Origin: a virus
DNA: 64,000 nt
Direction: 5' to 3' (one strand)
Virus record (IMG/VR): IMGVR_UViG_3300033145_001087
Span: 32,001 to 96,000 of that record
Of this stretch, positions 58,534 to 64,000 are shown piece after piece. The position numbers and the translations under genes were made by a program. Position 1 is the stretch's first letter, and each line of letters opens with the position of its first letter. The notes under the pieces are model-generated. The model saw nothing but the letters and a program-made list of their open reading frames with translations. It searched no databases and was not told the DNA's origin.

Positions 58534-59252
58534 TTACTTTATTTATACCAGCATACAATGAAGAAACTATAATAAGAAAAAACGTGACGTTTGTATTTGA
58601 ATATATAAAGAAAAACAAACTACCTATACAACTTATTATTTTAAATGATGGCTCTACTGATAATACAAAGAAAATATTAAATACATTAAAAAAGAAAATA
58701 GATATTACTGTTATTAATGATAACGGTCCTAGTAGACGAGAAAATTTAATAAAACAAATGATAAATGTTAAAACCAATTATGTTGGCTTTATGGATTGTG
58801 ATTTAGCTACTGATTTATCAGATTTAAAAAATCTTGTAATTAACATTAAAAATTATGATATAGTTTCAGGAAGTAGATACTTATCATCTTCAACAATAAA
58901 ACGAAGTAATACTAGAAAAGTTATTAGTTTTTTGTTTAATAATAGTATCAAATTATTATTTAGAAGTAAGATTCGTGACCATGAATGTGGTTTTAAATTA
59001 TTTAATACTAAAGCAATTAAAAAAATAATTACATATACAGGATATGGAGAACACAAAAAAAATAGAAAAATGTTTTGGGATACTGAAATGTGGATATATG
59101 CACAAAACTTAAATATGAAAATCTTGGAAATTCCTATAATTTGGCACGAAGGAGATAAATCTGCTCTAAGATTTAAAACAGAAATTATAATGATACCTTA
59201 TATAATAAATTTTTGGGTGAAAAGAGAGTGGATGAAAAAGAACTTAAAATAA
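58530..59252 (+). CDS. GT2, polyprenol/dolichol-phosphate glycosyltransferase-like
   Basis: IPAYNEE, NDGSTD, MDCD, GSRY, DHECGFK, FWDTE, EIPIIW. Confidence 0.82.
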   Translation: MITLFIPAYNEETIIRKNVTFVFEYIKKNKLPIQLIILNDGSTDNTKKILNTLKKKIDITVINDNGPSRRENLIKQMINVKTNYVGFMDCDLATDLSDLKNLVINIKNYDIVSGSRYLSSSTIKRSNTRKVISFLFNNSIKLLFRSKIRDHECGFKLFNTKAIKKIITYTGYGEHKKNRKMFWDTEMWIYAQNLNMKILEIPIIWHEGDKSALRFKTEIIMIPYIINFWVKREWMKKNLK

Positions 59253-59842
59253 TCGGTAATGACCCTACCTATTGGTGGTTCAAAGCTAAGAATGAAATTA
59301 TAGAGACTTATATAGATACTACTAAAGAAATATTAAATGTTGGTGCAGGAACTACTAATTTTTATTATGCAACAAATTATAACGGTTTTGCTGATTGTAT
59401 GCCTTTTGCAGATAACGAATTTCATTATGTTATATTAGCAGATGTTTTAGAACATATACCAGATGGTTTTAGGATAAACACCTTAAAAGAAATAAGGCGA
59501 GTATTAAAAAGAAAAGGAAAACTAATTATAACTGTTCCAGCATATGGGTTTTTGTATAACGCACATGATAGATTTTTACATCACTTTTTACGTTATTCAA
59601 AAAAAGAATTACTATCTGAATTAAAACAAGCTGGATTTAAAATAAAAAAAGTTAGATACTGGAATTCAATCCTTTGTCCAATTATTATGATTATGAAATT
59701 ATATAATAAAAAATACGAGTCTCAATCAGATTTAAAAAAAATACCACGATGTATCAATTGGTTGTTATATAAAATATTAAAAACAGACGAAAGGATTGAA
59801 TTGCCTTTTGGAATAACACTTTTAGGAGTATTTGAAAAATGA
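59228..59842 (+). CDS. Class I SAM methyltransferase
   Basis: LNVGAG, DVLEH, TVPA, HD..LHHFLRY. Confidence 0.85.
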   Translation: MDEKELKIIGNDPTYWWFKAKNEIIETYIDTTKEILNVGAGTTNFYYATNYNGFADCMPFADNEFHYVILADVLEHIPDGFRINTLKEIRRVLKRKGKLIITVPAYGFLYNAHDRFLHHFLRYSKKELLSELKQAGFKIKKVRYWNSILCPIIMIMKLYNKKYESQSDLKKIPRCINWLLYKILKTDERIELPFGITLLGVFEK

Positions 59843-60705
59843 TAAGAAAAAGATTAGGACAACTTAGATATGTAAAAAACCCATTACAAATATGGAGATT
59901 ATTATTTAGTAGAGTAAAATCTATAGAAATAGCTGTTAATTATGTATGTAATAAAAAATGCCCTGGTTGTTATGCAAGAAACCTTAGGGCAGACCAAGAA
60001 AAAATGTTTTTAACACCAAAAGATATTAAAGAAATATGTGAAAAATATAAACCTGCTCATATTAATATTACTGGCGGAGAACCAATGTTAAATCCAAAGC
60101 TTTTTGAAATTATTCAAACTATACCAAAATCTATAATAGTTAGTATGGTTACTAATGGTGATTTATTTAAAAACCCACCAGATGTTATAGATTTTGAAAC
60201 AGAAATTGATTATATCAAATTATGGAATTTAAAATCAAGTGGTTTAAATACTATTCAAATAAGTTATGGTTCTAATTATAATTGTATTTGGAATAAAGAA
60301 TTAGCAAAATATTCTAAAAGAGAAGGATTAAATGTTTGTTTAAGCGTTACAAATGTTTATAAAGAAAGAAAACATATTTTACAAGCTATTAGAATAGCAG
60401 AAGAAAATGGATACCATGTATTATTTAATACTCCTGGTGTTGGAATGGAAGACCAGTTTGATTATCAAACATATTTTACATATAGGAGTCATCCTTTAGT
60501 AAGAGAAGATAATATGTTCTGGAATGGAGCAGATGTCTGTCCAGCAGGACTTAAAAAATTTTATATTTCTGCGGATAAGAGTATTTATCCATGTGATAGA
60601 TTACATGATGAGAAATATTCATCCTATAAAGAAATGAGAAAACAATATAAAGGATTAAAGAAAGTATATTGTAGAAGATATTGTAAGATGGTGGAAAATG
60701 ATTAA
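59839..60705 (+). CDS. Radical SAM protein with Twitch/SPASM-like tail
   Basis: CNKKCPGC, TGGEP, VTNG, CPAG..IYPC. Confidence 0.88.
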   Translation: MIRKRLGQLRYVKNPLQIWRLLFSRVKSIEIAVNYVCNKKCPGCYARNLRADQEKMFLTPKDIKEICEKYKPAHINITGGEPMLNPKLFEIIQTIPKSIIVSMVTNGDLFKNPPDVIDFETEIDYIKLWNLKSSGLNTIQISYGSNYNCIWNKELAKYSKREGLNVCLSVTNVYKERKHILQAIRIAEENGYHVLFNTPGVGMEDQFDYQTYFTYRSHPLVREDNMFWNGADVCPAGLKKFYISADKSIYPCDRLHDEKYSSYKEMRKQYKGLKKVYCRRYCKMVEND

Positions 60706-61657
60706 TGTAAATTATATTGGTTATGATGGTTTTCAAAACTATGGTGATGATGTAAATAAAGAAATAGTTATGAAACTTGGCTTTCAACACGATGAAAACT
60801 CTGATATTGTATTTATAGGTCCTGGAACAGGATTTCCAATTCCTAAAAGTAAACAACAATTAATTAAAGAAAATACTAAAGAAGTAATAGTGTTCGGAAC
60901 TGGTTGTCATACTAAAAAATTTTATAAAGATGAAAACTCATTTGAAGAAGATATGAAATTTACAAAAGAATTATTGAAAAAAGCCAAATATATAGGAGTC
61001 AGAGATAGTTATACGCAAAAGACTATAGGTTGTGGAAAGGTTATTGGTGACCCTTTCTTTTTGTTATCAATACCAAAAAAAGAAGAGATACCAGAAAAAT
61101 ATGTAATACTTATTATTGGTCGTGCAGGATTTAATTGTTGGGGAGAAGTTGATGGAGAATTTAATTCTTTGAAAAATACTATAAAATTTACTAAAAACTT
61201 CATAATGAAAAAATTAGGTTTCAAAGTTAAAATATTTTATCTTTTTAACAATGATGCCCCCTTATCTTATGAAATATCTTCATATTTAAATGAGTCGGTA
61301 TTTAAACGAATTGAAATGTATGAAAACTTTTTAACTGAATATAGGAATGCAGAATTTATTATATCGTATAAATTACATGGAATGATTACTGCACTATTAA
61401 CTAATACTCCCATTATACCAATAGAATACGTCCCAAAAATAACCAATGTAGCTAGTGATTTTAAAATTGACAATCTAGTATTAAAATCTAATGAGGTAAC
61501 AGAAAAACAATTAGAAAATAAATATAATTTATTAAAAAACTGGGATTATACCTTTATTAAAAATAAAAGACAAAAATATATTAATTTACAATATAAATTT
61601 ATAGAACAGATTAAAAAAATATATGGTGAAAACAATGAAAATAATATTAATGGGTAG
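60698..61657 (+). CDS. Polysaccharide pyruvyl transferase family
   Basis: NYGD, IGVRD, GDP, KLHGMI. Confidence 0.8.
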   Translation: MINVNYIGYDGFQNYGDDVNKEIVMKLGFQHDENSDIVFIGPGTGFPIPKSKQQLIKENTKEVIVFGTGCHTKKFYKDENSFEEDMKFTKELLKKAKYIGVRDSYTQKTIGCGKVIGDPFFLLSIPKKEEIPEKYVILIIGRAGFNCWGEVDGEFNSLKNTIKFTKNFIMKKLGFKVKIFYLFNNDAPLSYEISSYLNESVFKRIEMYENFLTEYRNAEFIISYKLHGMITALLTNTPIIPIEYVPKITNVASDFKIDNLVLKSNEVTEKQLENKYNLLKNWDYTFIKNKRQKYINLQYKFIEQIKKIYGENNENNING

Positions 61658-62708
61658 TTTTACAGATATGCAAACAGGTGTTTATATAGGAGATACTTTT
61701 ACAAGTATGAAACATGATATTTATGGTATAGATATAAGGAGAATCTATAAAACTGTCGGTGCTGAAAAAACGCAAGAAACTGTAATAAAAGAATTAATAA
61801 AATTAAATCTTAAACCAGACCTAATTTTAATACTAAAAGGTTTAGAATTATCCCCAAAAACTATACGAGCTATTAAAGATATGTATCCTAAAGCTATTTA
61901 TGCTAATTGGTTCTTTGATAAATTTCTACAAGAAGAACCAATATGGAAAACGGAATCATATTTAAAAATAATTAAAGAATTTGATTATTTCTTTTGTAGT
62001 TTAAAAGGAGTAGCTGATAAACTAAATGATTTAGGATATAAGAATGTGAAATACTTAGATGAAGGATGTGAGCCAAAACGACACAGTGAAATATATTTAA
62101 ATAATTTTCAAAAAAAAAAATATGCAAGTGACGTATCTTTTATTGGGAATATAGGATATCTATTACAACATCATTTGCGATTACCAATGTTAAAGATTAT
62201 TGCAGAAGAAGGATTTCGATTACAAATCTTCGGTTCGTTATGTTGTGATATAAAACACGTACCTACAAAAGTAAGACCGTGTTTGACACAAATACCTGTT
62301 ATTAATGAAGACCATAGTAAAGTTGTTCAATCATCTTTAATTAATTTAGGAATAGACCAAGACTTAGGTATTGATATGGGGCATAGTGCGAGAGTTTATA
62401 GAGTCCTTTGTGCCGGTGGTTGTTATCTAACTACTAATACTAAAGGATTAGATAAAATGTTTAAAACCAATAAAAAAGACGATGACTTAACAGGAGAAGA
62501 AGAAATAGTAATTTTTGATAACAAAGAGGATTTAATTAAAAAACTAGACTTTCTTTTAGAGCACGATGACATAAGAGAACAAATAGGAAAAAATGGTCAA
62601 AAGAAAGTATTAAAATATCACACATTTAAACATAGGTGTGAAGAAATGTTAAAAATAATAAAAGGTGAAAAAAATGAAAGAGGTGATAAAAGATGGACAA
62701 AAAAATAA
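61635..62708 (+). CDS. CgeB-like glycosyltransferase
   Basis: WFFD, DVSFIG, SLINL, RVYRVLCAGG, GQKKVLKYHTFKHR. Confidence 0.8.
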   Translation: MKIILMGSFTDMQTGVYIGDTFTSMKHDIYGIDIRRIYKTVGAEKTQETVIKELIKLNLKPDLILILKGLELSPKTIRAIKDMYPKAIYANWFFDKFLQEEPIWKTESYLKIIKEFDYFFCSLKGVADKLNDLGYKNVKYLDEGCEPKRHSEIYLNNFQKKKYASDVSFIGNIGYLLQHHLRLPMLKIIAEEGFRLQIFGSLCCDIKHVPTKVRPCLTQIPVINEDHSKVVQSSLINLGIDQDLGIDMGHSARVYRVLCAGGCYLTTNTKGLDKMFKTNKKDDDLTGEEEIVIFDNKEDLIKKLDFLLEHDDIREQIGKNGQKKVLKYHTFKHRCEEMLKIIKGEKNERGDKRWTKK

Positions 62709-62866
62709 CTAAATTTAATTTTGATACAATAAACGAACCGCATCTTATTTTTACAAAGGACTGGTTAAAGAACAAGGCAAAAGAAAATAAAGACATTTAT
62801 TTCTATTTCCCTTCTAATATTGATATTAATACACAATTTCCATTAAAATTTGAGGTAAAAAAATGA
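62693..62866 (+). CDS. 57-aa hypothetical (not in ORF track)
   Basis: GAGGTGA RBS; ATGA overlap with next gene. Confidence 0.5.
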   Translation: MDKKITKFNFDTINEPHLIFTKDWLKNKAKENKDIYFYFPSNIDINTQFPLKFEVKK

Positions 62867-63081
62867 AGATAATAGATTGGGACGAAAAACTGTTTGAAAC
62901 ACTTGCTTGTGGTAATTATACAGCAAAAGACCACACAGTTTTAAGAAAATTAGCAAAATGGATAGGTGATGTGTCTGGAAATGTAAACGTAACTATGCGA
63001 TTATACCATATAGCAGACAAAATGAAAAACGAATATCATAAGAAACAATGGGAAGATACGTATCACGGCTATAAAGAATAA
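62863..63081 (+). CDS. Hypothetical protein
   Basis: GAGGT RBS. Confidence 0.55.
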   Translation: MKIIDWDEKLFETLACGNYTAKDHTVLRKLAKWIGDVSGNVNVTMRLYHIADKMKNEYHKKQWEDTYHGYKE

Positions 63082-63093
63082 GAGGTAAATAAA

Positions 63094-63288
63094 ATGAAAG
63101 AAGATGAATTAACAAAGAAATTTATAGAATACGAAACAACAATAAAAAAACACGCAGAAGTTGTTAATACTTTAAATATAAACCAACAGCTTTTAATAAA
63201 AAAAATAGGAGAGATGGAAAAGAATTTAGAACCAAAGCCAAAAGAAGAAGAAAAAAAAGAGGAGAAAAAAGATGGTGAGACTAAATAA
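63094..63288 (+). CDS. Small coiled-coil protein
   Basis: GAGGT RBS. Confidence 0.55.
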   Translation: MKEDELTKKFIEYETTIKKHAEVVNTLNINQQLLIKKIGEMEKNLEPKPKEEEKKEEKKDGETK

Positions 63289-63460
63289 ATGTGGTCATCC
63301 AGACCATTGGGTTTTTAGATTAACAGGTGCGGGAAAGAAATTTTCATATTGTTTAGGATGTTTAATAGAAAAAACAGAGATAGATAATTTCGAAACATAT
63401 AAAAATCCCTTCCTTAAATCTTCGAAGAAAATAAAACCAATAACAAAAGAGAAGAAATAA
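63272..63460 (+). CDS. Small putative Zn-binding protein
   Basis: CGH...CLGC. Confidence 0.5.
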   Translation: MVRLNKCGHPDHWVFRLTGAGKKFSYCLGCLIEKTEIDNFETYKNPFLKSSKKIKPITKEKK

Positions 63461-63461
63461 T

Positions 63462-64000
63462 ATGCGAACGTTTAAACATATCTATATAGATTATTGTACT
63501 TGGATAGTTGAAAAAACTGGAAATAGAGACTACTCTTATGAGGCTTTAGTAGAAAAATATGGGGAACAAAATATAGACGTTGTTTTATATAAAGACCTAT
63601 TAAAAAAATTCTACGATAAAAATTTTGGTTTCTTTTATTTTTCTAAATTTTTAATTGGAGATTTACAAGAAGTAGGCTATCCAAAACCCTTTAGATATAA
63701 TACTCTGCTTAGGAAATGGCATAAACTTATACAAACACATAAATATTTAGCTATTCTTTGTGCACGAGGTCATGGAAAAAGTGTTTACTTTTCTCAAGTA
63801 AATAATATATATGATATGTTTTTATATAAATTTAAGAGGATTATAATAATTTCTGCAAGTCAGGAACAAGCAAACGAACACATAGACAATATAAAGATAC
63901 TTGTAGATAATAATGAATGGCTTTCCGAAAAGAAAGATAATAAACGGTGGGCTGTTGAACGAATCAGCTATAATAGTGGTTTTATTATGGCCGCTGGTAT
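63462..64000 (+). CDS. Terminase large subunit, N-terminal ATPase (3'-truncated by window; not in ORF track)
   Basis: Own translation: MRTFKHI...AILCARGHGKS (Walker A)...IIIISASQEQA...; open to window end. Confidence 0.85.
   Translation, partial: MRTFKHIYIDYCTWIVEKTGNRDYSYEALVEKYGEQNIDVVLYKDLLKKFYDKNFGFFYFSKFLIGDLQEVGYPKPFRYNTLLRKWHKLIQTHKYLAILCARGHGKSVYFSQVNNIYDMFLYKFKRIIIISASQEQANEHIDNIKILVDNNEWLSEKKDNKRWAVERISYNSGFIMAAG

Noticed and set aside
1390-61473. Short antisense/overlapping ORFs in the track (e.g. 7744-8151, 10527-10913, 24501-24950, 46351-46716)
   Set aside because: Shadows of well-supported genes on the opposite strand; F/S/L/I-biased, no RBS
62674-62712. 12-codon mini-ORF with RBS (similar one near 39675-39716)
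   Set aside because: More simply a leftover gene start from cassette exchange; no evidence of function
1-64000. tRNA/rRNA genes, integrase/att sites, endolysin
   Set aside because: None recognised by eye; gaps are short and I saw no cloverleaf, though tRNAscan was not run

Overview
AT-rich 64-kb piece of a tailed (Caudoviricetes, siphovirus-like) archaeal virus genome. Archaeal origin rests on BRE/TATA promoters, GGTGA/GAGG ribosome-binding sites, oligo-T terminators, an archaeal-type PolB, RFC and an Hjc resolvase. A PriS-PriL-like fusion and sequon-rich surface proteins suggest a DPANN (Pace-/Woesearchaeota-like) host; this is inference. The class III RNR implies an anaerobic host. There are three blocks. 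(i) 1-13.1 kb, + strand: replication and nucleotide metabolism (RFC, QueC-like, NrdD/NrdG, DNA MTase, radical SAM, intein-containing PolB, degenerate primase, phosphoesterase, Hjc, lipoprotein). (ii) 13.4-49.8 kb, - strand: virion morphogenesis from portal to tail tip, interleaved with glycosyltransferases, two large signal-anchored paralogous glycoproteins and a ~1290-aa 14/15-residue repeat protein. (iii) 49.9-64 kb, + strand: a ~12-kb glycan synthesis/modification cluster between a probable small terminase and the large terminase, which runs off the window. The most notable items are: a candidate virus-encoded glycosylation system together with its own substrates; a separately promoted subunit + glycosyltransferase + repeat-ruler module (possible virion filament); AUU/AUA start codons on key genes; a PolB intein at an atypical thumb-domain site; a conserved 32-bp promoter; a structured (possibly pseudoknotted) element where the two gene blocks converge; a -1 frameshifted tail chaperone; a frameshifted endonuclease; and apparent GATC avoidance. 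All calls come from reading motifs by eye; no database searches were run.
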